The notes under the pieces were generated by a model that was not told the origin of the DNA, did not search any database, and was given only the letters and a program-made list of their open reading frames with translations. DNA of 64,000 bases, taken from NCBI GenBank assembly GCA_045863335.1, contig BTVY01000001.1, positions 1-64,000 of the forward strand, read 5' to 3'. Every line of letters begins with the position of its first letter. The stretch's first letter is position 1. Position numbers and translations under genes: made by a program. The DNA is from Candidatus Hydrogenedentota bacterium. GTDB taxonomy: Bacteria > Hydrogenedentota > Hydrogenedentia > Hydrogenedentales > SLHB01. Below, in pieces: positions 29,936 through 39,202 of this stretch.

Positions 29936-31216
29936 ATGAATTGCACCTGGGAACTACGCGTACGCCTGGCCGTATATGCACTGACAATCGTGACGGCGAT
30001 CGCGTTCTCTGCCGTAACAGGAATGGCCGCCGAGATTGGCTATCTCGAGAAGGACGGCCAGACCCTCTTCCCCATCGGGTTCTACGAACTTCCCGAGGAC
30101 GACGCGGCACTGAAGACCATGGCGGACGCGGGCGTCAATCTCCTTCGTTGCGGCAATGCAGCAGAATTGGACCGCGTTCATGCCCTGGGCATGCTCGGCT
30201 GGATGCCGCTTTCGCTGCAGCAAGGTCCGTCCGACGGGATCAAAGATCAGGTCAACGAAGTGAAGGACCACCCTGCGCTGGCCGTATGGGAAGGACCGGA
30301 CGAGGTCGTCTGGAACTTCACCGCGTACAGCGGACTGCACCGCGACATGGGCGTGTATGAACACCCGGACGAGTGGTGGATGCAAACGCCTAAGGCAATC
30401 GCGTATTCCGAAGAAAAGGCCGCGGAGATCATCCCTAACATGCGCGCCGCGGTCGAGTGGATCCGTTCCGTCGATCCGCACAACCGGCCCGTGTGGTTCA
30501 ACGAAGCGCAGCGGAGCGACGTGCGGTTTGTGCGCCAGTGCCTGGAATTTGCCGATATTACGGGCTGCGATATTTATCCCATCAGCACGAATGAGCGCAA
30601 TCTCCCGCGCATGGGCAGCGGCGTAGACCGGTGGGAACTGGTCGGCAAGGGCATGCCCGTGTGGATGGTCATGCAGGCGTTTTCCTGGCACGAACTGGGC
30701 GGCCGTTACGAATCGCGTGGGGTGGCCTATCCAAGCTTTGCGGAGTCCCGTTTCATGGCGTATGAGGTGATCGCGCACGGCGCCAAAGGGATCCTCTATT
30801 GGGGTTCCGACTATCTGACCAACGACGTTTTCCGGCAGTCGTTGTATGCGCTCACCGCAGAGCTGGCCGCGCTTCAGCCTTTCCTCGTTGCGCCGGAAGA
30901 GGACACGGCGCTCCGCCTTATCGAATTCGCCGAGGACATGCAGGGTCTCGGTGTCGCGCACACGGTACGACGCTCCGGCGACGATTGGCTGATCGTGTTG
31001 GTCAATGACGATGACCACAGGCATATGGGGGTCGAAGTTTCCGGGTTGGACGCGATCGACGGCCGGAAACTCGCGCTTCTCTACGGCGAGGAAACCGTCC
31101 CGGTGTCGCAGGGGGAGATCGTGGTCCGCATGCAACCCTTCGAAGTTAAGGTGTACTCGACAAGCCGCGCGTGGGAGATTGCCAAACGCGAGGGCCGCGA
31201 CTACGCGGGCGAGTGA
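29936..31216 (+). CDS. Secreted putative glycoside hydrolase (TIM barrel)
   Basis: Signal peptide; FPIGFY, HPALAVWEGPDE, DITGCDIYP, PVWMVMQAF, HGAKGILYW. Confidence 0.65.
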   Translation: MNCTWELRVRLAVYALTIVTAIAFSAVTGMAAEIGYLEKDGQTLFPIGFYELPEDDAALKTMADAGVNLLRCGNAAELDRVHALGMLGWMPLSLQQGPSDGIKDQVNEVKDHPALAVWEGPDEVVWNFTAYSGLHRDMGVYEHPDEWWMQTPKAIAYSEEKAAEIIPNMRAAVEWIRSVDPHNRPVWFNEAQRSDVRFVRQCLEFADITGCDIYPISTNERNLPRMGSGVDRWELVGKGMPVWMVMQAFSWHELGGRYESRGVAYPSFAESRFMAYEVIAHGAKGILYWGSDYLTNDVFRQSLYALTAELAALQPFLVAPEEDTALRLIEFAEDMQGLGVAHTVRRSGDDWLIVLVNDDDHRHMGVEVSGLDAIDGRKLALLYGEETVPVSQGEIVVRMQPFEVKVYSTSRAWEIAKREGRDYAGE

Positions 31217-31261
31217 CGGAATGGCGTGGGCGTCGGGGTTGGATGACTGGGGGAGGTTGGA

Positions 31262-32626
31262 TTGATGATTTTGGAGAATTCAATACGCTGCGCCGTGATG
31301 GCGCTCTTGTTGTCGGTATCATTTGTCGCATCTGCGCAGGAAAGCGCGACGCCTGACGACATTCAAGCGCTGCTCCAGCAAGAAATGCAGCGGAGCGAAC
31401 CGGACTACGTCGTCTACGTGCCGAAAAGCGTCGACGGTTCGACCTTCGACACGGGCAACGAGCATTTCCTGGTGTTCGAGGGTCCAGATGGTTCGCTCAT
31501 GGCGGTGTGGACGCAGAGCACCCATGAAGGCGCGGGCGACCATCGCATCATGTTCGTCAGAAGTGAGGACGACGGCAAGACCTGGTCGGAACCGAAGCGC
31601 ATCGCCGGTCCTCCGCGCAAGGACGAAGGGAACCAGGCCAGTTGGGCCTTTCCGCTGGTGTCGTCGTCGGGCCGCATTTACGTGGTCTACAACCAGTACC
31701 AGGGGATCGCCGACTACCACCACCAAATCACCGGCACCATGGATGCCATTTACAGCGACGACAACGGGGCGACGTGGTCTGCGCCGGGCACGATCCCCAT
31801 GGAACGCAGCATCTACGATCATCCCGATCCCAAGTATCCTTCCAACTGGATCGTCTGGCAGATCCCCATTAAGGACTTGCAGGGACGTTGGTACACGGGG
31901 TTCACGCGATGGCTGAGCCCGCAAGTGCGCACGAAACCCCACACGAAGGATTGGACCGCGAACGAATCGGTCGTGGAGTTCATGCGCTTCGAGAACATCG
32001 ACGACGATCCGGAACCGGCGGAGATACGCATCTCGTGGTTTGCGTCCAACGAACGAGCGTTGCGGGTGCCGCACTACACCAATCCCCTGCTCAGCATCGC
32101 ACAGGAACCGAGCCTCGTGCGGCTGCCGGACAACCGTCTCTTCTGCACGATGCGGACGATGAGCGCGTACATCTGGTACAGCCTCTCTGACGACGACGGG
32201 GAAACCTGGTGTGCGCCGCGACCCTTGTTGCGAAAAGACTACGGCCTACCCATCCTGCAACCGCTGTTCGGATGCCCCATCTACGAGATGGCCGACGGGC
32301 GTTATTTGCTCGTGCACCATCCCGCCTTTGGAGGCCAAGACCCCGGCAAGTCCGGCGGGCTCGAGAGCAACCGGCGTCCCGCCTATATCGCGGTAGGCGA
32401 GTATCGTCCCGATGCCGAGCAACCGATCTGGTTCAGCGAATCAAAGATGCTCATGGACAACGACGGGCAGGGCATCGGCCCACTCAAGCGCGTCGACATC
32501 GGCGGATACACGAGTTTCACGACACGCGATGGCGAAAACGTATTGTGGCATCCGGAACGCAAGTTCTTCCTCCTCGGGAAGATCATCCGTCCCGAGTTCA
32601 TCGCCGGGCTATCCGTGCCGGAGTAA
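31262..32626 (+). CDS. Secreted BNR/Asp-box (sialidase-like) protein
   Basis: Signal peptide; Asp boxes SEDDGKTW, SDDNGATW, SDDDGETW; QEPSLVRLPD. Confidence 0.82.
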   Translation: MMILENSIRCAVMALLLSVSFVASAQESATPDDIQALLQQEMQRSEPDYVVYVPKSVDGSTFDTGNEHFLVFEGPDGSLMAVWTQSTHEGAGDHRIMFVRSEDDGKTWSEPKRIAGPPRKDEGNQASWAFPLVSSSGRIYVVYNQYQGIADYHHQITGTMDAIYSDDNGATWSAPGTIPMERSIYDHPDPKYPSNWIVWQIPIKDLQGRWYTGFTRWLSPQVRTKPHTKDWTANESVVEFMRFENIDDDPEPAEIRISWFASNERALRVPHYTNPLLSIAQEPSLVRLPDNRLFCTMRTMSAYIWYSLSDDDGETWCAPRPLLRKDYGLPILQPLFGCPIYEMADGRYLLVHHPAFGGQDPGKSGGLESNRRPAYIAVGEYRPDAEQPIWFSESKMLMDNDGQGIGPLKRVDIGGYTSFTTRDGENVLWHPERKFFLLGKIIRPEFIAGLSVPE

Positions 32627-32899
32627 GCCGTAGACAAATCAGAAGTTTATGGGATTGACACAGGGGCCGATTCGGCCTATGATCGCCATGGCGAGTTCGG
32701 TTCGAGCAAGGCGCCAAATCGGGAGCTGGGGTAATGCCTCCCGCGCCGGAGCCGAATCGTCGCACGCCGGGACCGGAACATGGAGCGGAATGCATTCGAA
32801 TGTCGTGGCGTGTACCTTTATCAATCCCGTTCAACTCTCCTTTCACGCATGACGCCCCGTCACTTCTGATGCATTGCGCGCCTTATCGGTTCAACAGTC

Positions 32900-34093
32900 A
32901 TGATTGAGAAACGCGATCTCGCCGACTTTGTGGACCACGCGTCCGACAGCGTGTTCATTACGGATGCCTCGGGCGCGATCGTCTACGTCAACACCGCGTG
33001 CGAACACATTTCCGGGTATGACCGCGGCGAATTGATGGGGCAGAATCCACGAATTTTCAAAAGCGGCAAGCATGACGAGGGGTTCTACGCGGAACTCTGG
33101 CAGACGATCCAGCGCGGCGACGTGTGGCGCGGCCGGCTTTTCAACCGCAGCAAGGATGGCTCGTATTTCGAAATTGAAGAAACCATCACGCCCATCCAGG
33201 GCTCCGATCTCGATCAGCGCTATTTCCTGAGCATCATGCGTCCGACCGACTCGACCGCCAAGGACATCGAGCGGTATTACACGGCGCAGAAGATGGAGGC
33301 TATCGGCGAACTCGCCGCAGGGATCGCGCACGAGATCAATACGCCGACACAGTATATCGGCGATAATCTTCAGTTCCTGGCCGAATCCTTCGAGAAACTG
33401 ATCCCGGTCCTGCGTCGCTACAGGGAGTCCCTCGCTGACGACTCGGGAGAGGGTTCAGAACACACCGATCCCGCGTTAACGGCGCGGGATCTCGACTTTC
33501 TGCTGGAAGAGATCCCGGGCGCCATCAAGGAATCGCGTGAAGGCAATCGCAAGGTTGCGGCCATCGTCCGCGCGGTGCGCGAGTTCGTTCATCCAGATCT
33601 CGAGGAGAAGCTCCCGGTCGAGATCAATCACTCCATCGAGAACACCATTGCGCTCGCGCGGAATGAGTGGAAGTACGTCGCCGAAGTGCAAACCGACTTC
33701 GATCCCGAGATCGCGGAAGTGCTCACGGTATCCGGCGCGTTGAATCAGGTCGTCTTGAATCTCCTCGTCAATGCCGCACAGGCCATCGGTGAAGCGCGCG
33801 AACAGGGGAACAAGGAAAAGGGCACGATTACCGTTTCGACACGACGGGTTGGCAAGGAACTGGAAATCGCCATACAGGACTCCGGCCCGGGCATCCCCGA
33901 GGCGATTCGGTCGCGCATCTTTGAGCCTTTCTTCACGACGAAGCGCCCCGGACGCGGCACGGGGCAGGGTCTCGCCATCGTGCGCGCACTCGTCGCGGAA
34001 CGCCTCGAAGGGACGCTCACATTCGAGTCTGAAATGGGACGGGGCACGACGTTCGCAGTGCGATTGCCGTATGAAACGGGTAAGAGAACGTAG
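32900..34093 (+). CDS. Cytoplasmic PAS sensor histidine kinase
   Basis: PAS (GQNPRIFKSG), AHEINTP H-box, NLLVNAAQA, FTTK..GTGQGL. Confidence 0.92.
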   Translation: MIEKRDLADFVDHASDSVFITDASGAIVYVNTACEHISGYDRGELMGQNPRIFKSGKHDEGFYAELWQTIQRGDVWRGRLFNRSKDGSYFEIEETITPIQGSDLDQRYFLSIMRPTDSTAKDIERYYTAQKMEAIGELAAGIAHEINTPTQYIGDNLQFLAESFEKLIPVLRRYRESLADDSGEGSEHTDPALTARDLDFLLEEIPGAIKESREGNRKVAAIVRAVREFVHPDLEEKLPVEINHSIENTIALARNEWKYVAEVQTDFDPEIAEVLTVSGALNQVVLNLLVNAAQAIGEAREQGNKEKGTITVSTRRVGKELEIAIQDSGPGIPEAIRSRIFEPFFTTKRPGRGTGQGLAIVRALVAERLEGTLTFESEMGRGTTFAVRLPYETGKRT

Positions 34094-34132
34094 GGAGACG
34101 CGCATGAAGCCGGACTCAAAGGGAGATCGTCC

Positions 34133-35251
34133 ATGGCAATAGGCCGCATGGCCCGCATCCTGTTCGTCGACGACGAACCGAACTTCCTTTCGGGCATCCG
34201 CCGGATGCTTTGGGATGACAGTTCGGAATGGGATCTCTTCTTTGCCGAAAGCGCGGACGAGGCGCTGAAGATCGCTTCGCAGAAGGTTCTCGACACGATT
34301 GTCTCCGACGTATCCATGCCAGGTAAGGATGGGCTTGAATTGCTGAAGGAACTGAAGGCCAATCCCGCGACCAATGCGATTCCCGTCGTCATTCTTACCG
34401 GGAACGCGGAAGCGCATCTGAAACGAAAAGCCCTCGATCTCGGCGCGGCCGATTTGCTGAACAAACCAATCGACCGGGAGGACCTGATCGCGCGTTTACG
34501 CAGCGTGCTTCGGCTCAAGCGCTATCAAGACGAACTTCGCGCGCACAATGAATTACTGGAGTTTCGCGTGCGCGAACGCACGCGGGAGCTGGAATCATCG
34601 CGCCGCGACATTATCTGGCGTCTCGCAAAAGCCGGCGAGTTCCGCGACGAGGATACCGGCGATCACGTGGTCCGCGTGGCCTTATCCAGCCGCATCCTGG
34701 CGGCGCAAATCGGCCTCGATCAGGAACTGGTCGAAACCGTGTTTCTGACGAGCCCGTTACATGACATCGGTAAAATTGGAATACCGGATGGAATTCTCCT
34801 GAAACCAGGCAAACTAACCGATGAAGAGCGTGCGCAGGTTCAGAAACATTGCGAGATTGGCGCCTCGATTCTCGTGGAGTTGCCTAAAGGCGCAGAGTAT
34901 TTCCTGAACAGCCAGGAGGACGGCGATCGCCTGCCCATACTCGAAGCCATCGAACCGATCCGGGAGTTTGCCGCGACGATCGCAATGACCCATCATGAGC
35001 GCTGGGACGGTACCGGGTATCCGAAAGGGCTCGGTGGCGACGAGATTCCGATCGTGGGGCGCATCGTGGCGGTCGCCGATCTCTACGATGCCTTGCGGTC
35101 TTCGCGTCCTTACAAGAAGGCCTTCGATCGCGCCAAGGCTACGCAGATCATGGAAGAGTCCGTCGGCACCCATATCGATCCCATGGTTTTTGACGCGTTT
35201 GTCCGGGTGCAAGACGAGGTGGAACAGATCCGCGAGGTCAATTTCCGATGA
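34133..35251 (+). CDS. Response regulator with HD-GYP (c-di-GMP phosphodiesterase) domain, RpfG-like
   Basis: REC FVDDE..SDVSMP..KP; LHDIGKIG, HHERWDGTGYP. Confidence 0.93.
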   Translation: MAIGRMARILFVDDEPNFLSGIRRMLWDDSSEWDLFFAESADEALKIASQKVLDTIVSDVSMPGKDGLELLKELKANPATNAIPVVILTGNAEAHLKRKALDLGAADLLNKPIDREDLIARLRSVLRLKRYQDELRAHNELLEFRVRERTRELESSRRDIIWRLAKAGEFRDEDTGDHVVRVALSSRILAAQIGLDQELVETVFLTSPLHDIGKIGIPDGILLKPGKLTDEERAQVQKHCEIGASILVELPKGAEYFLNSQEDGDRLPILEAIEPIREFAATIAMTHHERWDGTGYPKGLGGDEIPIVGRIVAVADLYDALRSSRPYKKAFDRAKATQIMEESVGTHIDPMVFDAFVRVQDEVEQIREVNFR

Positions 35252-35270
35252 CGGAAAAAGGGATTTCCCA

Positions 35271-36485
35271 TTGAAGCGCGCCATATTTGTTGATGACGAG
35301 CCGAATCTGCTGCGCGGACTGCGCCGTATGCTTCTCAGCATCCGCCGCGATTGGGACATGACCTTCGTGGACAGCGGCGCCGAAGCGTTATCGCTCATGG
35401 ATGCCAACGGTCCCTACGATGTCGCCGTGACCGACTTGACCATGCCGGAAATGGACGGCATCGAATTCCTCACCGAAGTAACGAAACGATACCCGCAAAC
35501 CGTGCGCTTTATCTTGTCCGGTCAAACCGACACGTCGAGTTTACTGCGGGCCTCCACGGTCACGCATCAGTTCCTCACGAAACCTTGCGACCCTCAGGTG
35601 CTCCACAATCTCCTGGCCCGCGCATTTTCCTTGACCGATTCGTTGCAAGGCTCCCCCATCAAACGCACCCTGCTGGAGATGGGCGCGTTGCCGAGCATGC
35701 CGGTCATTCACCAGGAAATCGTCAATGAGATGCAATCGCCGTCGCCCTCCATCGCGCGCATCGGCGGCATCATCGAAAAAGACGCGGGCCTGAGCATGAA
35801 GCTCCTTCAAATCGTCAACGCGGAGTACGTGGGGACGGGCAAGCAGATTTCGAGCGTGGCCGAAGCGGTTCAACTTATGGGGCTGGAGAACATCAAGAGC
35901 CTTGTCCTCATGGTGGAGGTTTTCTCGCCCATGCAGGAACAGGATGTCGCCGGCGGGGTCAGCCTGGATTTCCTGTGGCACCGAAGCCTTGCCGTGGGCG
36001 ATTATGCCATGCGTATCGCGGAGTACGAAACCCACAACACGCCCGTCGCGCAGGAGTCCTTCACCGCGGGGTTGTTGCACAAGGTCGGAATGCTGATCCT
36101 GGCGACGAAGATGAGCAAGGAATTCGTGGAGGTCGTGGAGCAAGTCCGCAGCGGCGGCATCAGTCTGAGCGAGGCGGAGCGGGATCGGTTTGGCGCGACG
36201 CATGGCGAGATTGGCGGTTTTCTCTTCGACCTGTGGGGGCTTCCCGATGCGATCGTCAAGGCCGTCACCTACTACGATTATCCGTCCGCGCTGCCGGAAC
36301 AACTCTACGGCGGGGGCGATGGCAAGCAGTTCACGTCCTTAACCGCAGTGCACGTCGCCAACTATTTCTGCTCCGATCGCGAAGGCATGGGCGATTTCCT
36401 CGGCGGCGCCCACCTGGATTCGGATTACCTCAACCGCCTCGGTCTCGCGGAACACCTCGCGCGCTGGTTCGACCTCTGCGTGTAG
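35271..36485 (+). CDS. Response regulator with HDOD domain
   Basis: REC FVDDE..TDLTMP..KP; LPSMP, IEKDAGLSMKLLQIVN, GLLHKVG, WGLP; TTG start. Confidence 0.88.
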   Translation: MKRAIFVDDEPNLLRGLRRMLLSIRRDWDMTFVDSGAEALSLMDANGPYDVAVTDLTMPEMDGIEFLTEVTKRYPQTVRFILSGQTDTSSLLRASTVTHQFLTKPCDPQVLHNLLARAFSLTDSLQGSPIKRTLLEMGALPSMPVIHQEIVNEMQSPSPSIARIGGIIEKDAGLSMKLLQIVNAEYVGTGKQISSVAEAVQLMGLENIKSLVLMVEVFSPMQEQDVAGGVSLDFLWHRSLAVGDYAMRIAEYETHNTPVAQESFTAGLLHKVGMLILATKMSKEFVEVVEQVRSGGISLSEAERDRFGATHGEIGGFLFDLWGLPDAIVKAVTYYDYPSALPEQLYGGGDGKQFTSLTAVHVANYFCSDREGMGDFLGGAHLDSDYLNRLGLAEHLARWFDLCV

Positions 36486-36542
36486 ACGGTCGTCGTTCAA
36501 GATTCATAGCGCAGACCGGCCTCGTTCGGCAATCGATCACCA

Positions 36543-36803
36543 TCACGACAATGGCGGAATCTTCTCAAAAGGCATGAATTTTTGTCCGAGATCCCAATCG
36601 GCAAGCAGCTCCTGCCGGTGCAGTGTTGCCCATTCACTGACCAAACCCATCGCCCGAGGAGGCAACGAACCAGCAAGAACGGCCAACGAACGAATCTCGA
36701 TTAAAGCTTCGTCATCCCCGTAGTATGCGTGGAAGTGAGGCGGATTGTGCTCGTTAAAGTACATTCGGATCACGATACCGTAGAAGCGGGAGATCTCAGG
36801 CAT
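36543..36803 (-). CDS. DUF4160 family protein (putative TA toxin)
   Basis: MPEISRFYGIVIRMY..HNPPHFHAYY..WATLH..IPPL. Confidence 0.9.
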   Translation of the reverse strand: MPEISRFYGIVIRMYFNEHNPPHFHAYYGDDEALIEIRSLAVLAGSLPPRAMGLVSEWATLHRQELLADWDLGQKFMPFEKIPPLS

Positions 36804-37083
36804 GGGCGTTTTCGCGATTCAGATTCGCGAATAATTCTTCCGGTTCCTTTCCTGTGGCCTCAAGGTAAAGGGCATCGGGACAAAGATCGAGACTGTCATC
36901 CCACTGGAGTTCGCCGGCTGGACCAATCTCCACCTGCCGAAATCGATCCTCATCGTTCCACTGCGCAAAGACCCCGCGGCCGACCAAGTGGGAGAGGTCA
37001 ACTTCGCCGGACTCTCCTGTGTCAAAGGTTAGCGCCAAACGGAAGTTTGGGAGAACTTTCACGTCCGTGATCTTTCGCATCAT
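36796..37083 (-). CDS. DUF2442 family protein (putative TA antitoxin)
   Basis: LALTFDTGESGEVDL..F..LQWDDSLDLCPDALY. Confidence 0.88.
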   Translation of the reverse strand: MMRKITDVKVLPNFRLALTFDTGESGEVDLSHLVGRGVFAQWNDEDRFRQVEIGPAGELQWDDSLDLCPDALYLEATGKEPEELFANLNRENAHA

Positions 37084-37270
37084 ACGTCTCCAGTGATACC
37101 TGCCAGGTTCTTAAAAAGAAAGAACGCTCGCCTGACAACAGTATACCAAAGAAACCGCGTTCGGCCACGACTCGCAAACAAGTCGCAACCGTGTGTCGAT
37201 TTGTGCATCATAACTCCCCAGCCACTGCAACGACCCTCTGACAAACCCGTAGCTTACAGGAGCCAATTCA

Positions 37271-39067
37271 ATGCGACTGACCAACCTCGCGTTTTGCCTG
37301 GGTATCTTCACCATCTTCGCGACGAGTTCCTGCGCCACGTCCATGGAGCACAGCGTCTCCGGCTCGCTGACCAAGTGGTCGCCGGTCACGATCGACTTTC
37401 GCGGTCCGTTGGCAGCGGCGTCGGGCAGTGACCCGAATCCATTTCTCGATTACCGGCTGCAAGTCGAATTTACCGGTCCGAGCGGTGCGGAATACAGCGT
37501 GCCAGGCTACTTCGACGGCGACGGCCAGGGGGGTCTCAACGGCAACACGTGGCGCGTGATGTTCTCGCCGGATGAGACCGGCAAATGGAGCTACCAAGCG
37601 TCATTCCGGAGCGGCGACGACGTGGCCGTCGCGCTGGAACCGGATGCGGGCGAACCGGCTGCCTTCGATGGCGCGAAAGGATCCTTCGAAGTCGAACCGC
37701 AACCGGACGACGCCCCCGGTTTCTATCGTTGGGGACGGCTCGAATACGCGGGCGGCTTCTATCTGAAGTTTCGCGACGGAAACTATTGGATCAAAGGCGG
37801 CACGGACAGTCCCGAGGATTTTCTCGCCTACAACGGTTTCGTGAACACGCCGCGCCGGCCGCACCGGTATGATGCGCACATCGCCGATTGGCAGGACGGC
37901 GATCCCGACTGGGGCGATGGACATGGCAAAGGGATCATCGGCGCGTTGAATTATCTCGCCTCCATGCAGGTGAACAGCATCTACTTTCTTCCCATGAACA
38001 TCGGCGGTGACGGAAAGAACGTCTGGCCGTTCCTCGGTGAGCCGGATGCAGGCGGCAGCCCGGACAACGACAACGTTCACTACGATCTCGCGAAGCTGCG
38101 TCAATGGGGAATCGTGTTTGACCATGCACAGCGCAAAGGACTGATGCTGCACTTCGTCCTCAACGAGGCGGAAGAACCCAACAAACGCGAACTCGACGAC
38201 GGCGCGATCGGCGTCGAGCGCAAGTTGTACTATCGCGAACTCATCGCGCGCTTCGGCCACTTTCCCGCGCTGCAATGGAACCTCTGCGAAGAGTACAACC
38301 TTCGTTATCGTTTTGATCCGGAAGTGGTGAAGAGCTTCGCGCAGTACATTCGCGATGTCGATCCCTACGACCATCCAGTCACCGTCCACCACGCAGGCAA
38401 ATGGCAAGAGGCCTGGGGCCCGTTCCTTGGGGATGACCGCTTCCAGGTCACGTCGTTTCAAGTGAACGAACTGGACGTGGTCGAGGCGTGGCGGCAACAG
38501 TCGCGCGATGCCGGATTCCCGCAGGTCATTGGCATGGACGAGTTTTTCCCAGACAAGACGCACCCCGACAATATCGAGCGCCATCGCAAGGAATACCTCT
38601 GGCCCATTTACTTCTCCGGCGGCAACGTGGAATTCATCCTCGACGATCTCCTCAAGACGGAAGACTTCCGCCGCTACGAGGCCCTCTGGCAATACATGGC
38701 CCACGCGCGCGCCTTCATGGAAACCCACCTCCCCTTCTGGGACATGGAACCCCGCGACGACCTCCTCACCGGCGAATCGGAGTTCACCGGCGAAAACAAT
38801 GTCGTGCAAGGGCAAGTCTTCGCAAAAAGAGGTGACATTTACGCCGTGTACCTCCCAGTCGCCACCCAAACCGGCACGCTCGACCTCACGCGAGCCCCCG
38901 GTACCTTTCAGAAACTGTGGTTCAATCCTCGCACAGGTAACTCCGTAATCGATAAGCCCATCGAAGGCGGTAAGTTTCTGGCGCTGAATGGCCCGCCCGA
39001 TTCTTCGGGTGAAGACTGGGTCGTACTGGTGAGAAAAAGCCGCGAAGTGCTGACCCGACCACGCTAG
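37271..39067 (+). CDS. Secreted DUF5060-domain glycoside-hydrolase-like protein with C-terminal beta domain
   Basis: Signal peptide; NPFLDYRLQVEFTGPSG..VPGYFDGDG..WRVMFSPDETGKW; WNLCEE; LWFNPRTG..DWVVLV. Confidence 0.78.
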   Translation: MRLTNLAFCLGIFTIFATSSCATSMEHSVSGSLTKWSPVTIDFRGPLAAASGSDPNPFLDYRLQVEFTGPSGAEYSVPGYFDGDGQGGLNGNTWRVMFSPDETGKWSYQASFRSGDDVAVALEPDAGEPAAFDGAKGSFEVEPQPDDAPGFYRWGRLEYAGGFYLKFRDGNYWIKGGTDSPEDFLAYNGFVNTPRRPHRYDAHIADWQDGDPDWGDGHGKGIIGALNYLASMQVNSIYFLPMNIGGDGKNVWPFLGEPDAGGSPDNDNVHYDLAKLRQWGIVFDHAQRKGLMLHFVLNEAEEPNKRELDDGAIGVERKLYYRELIARFGHFPALQWNLCEEYNLRYRFDPEVVKSFAQYIRDVDPYDHPVTVHHAGKWQEAWGPFLGDDRFQVTSFQVNELDVVEAWRQQSRDAGFPQVIGMDEFFPDKTHPDNIERHRKEYLWPIYFSGGNVEFILDDLLKTEDFRRYEALWQYMAHARAFMETHLPFWDMEPRDDLLTGESEFTGENNVVQGQVFAKRGDIYAVYLPVATQTGTLDLTRAPGTFQKLWFNPRTGNSVIDKPIEGGKFLALNGPPDSSGEDWVVLVRKSREVLTRPR

Positions 39068-39202
39068 ATATCGTTTACATTTGGGTACTTGCGTGGTCGG
39101 ACTTTCCGAACTCCTACAAAAAATGAACGTGTACTGCACAGGACTATTCCGCTATAGTTCATTATCCGATATGATGAGCCTAGACACAGGGGAGTTTCTC
39201 GC

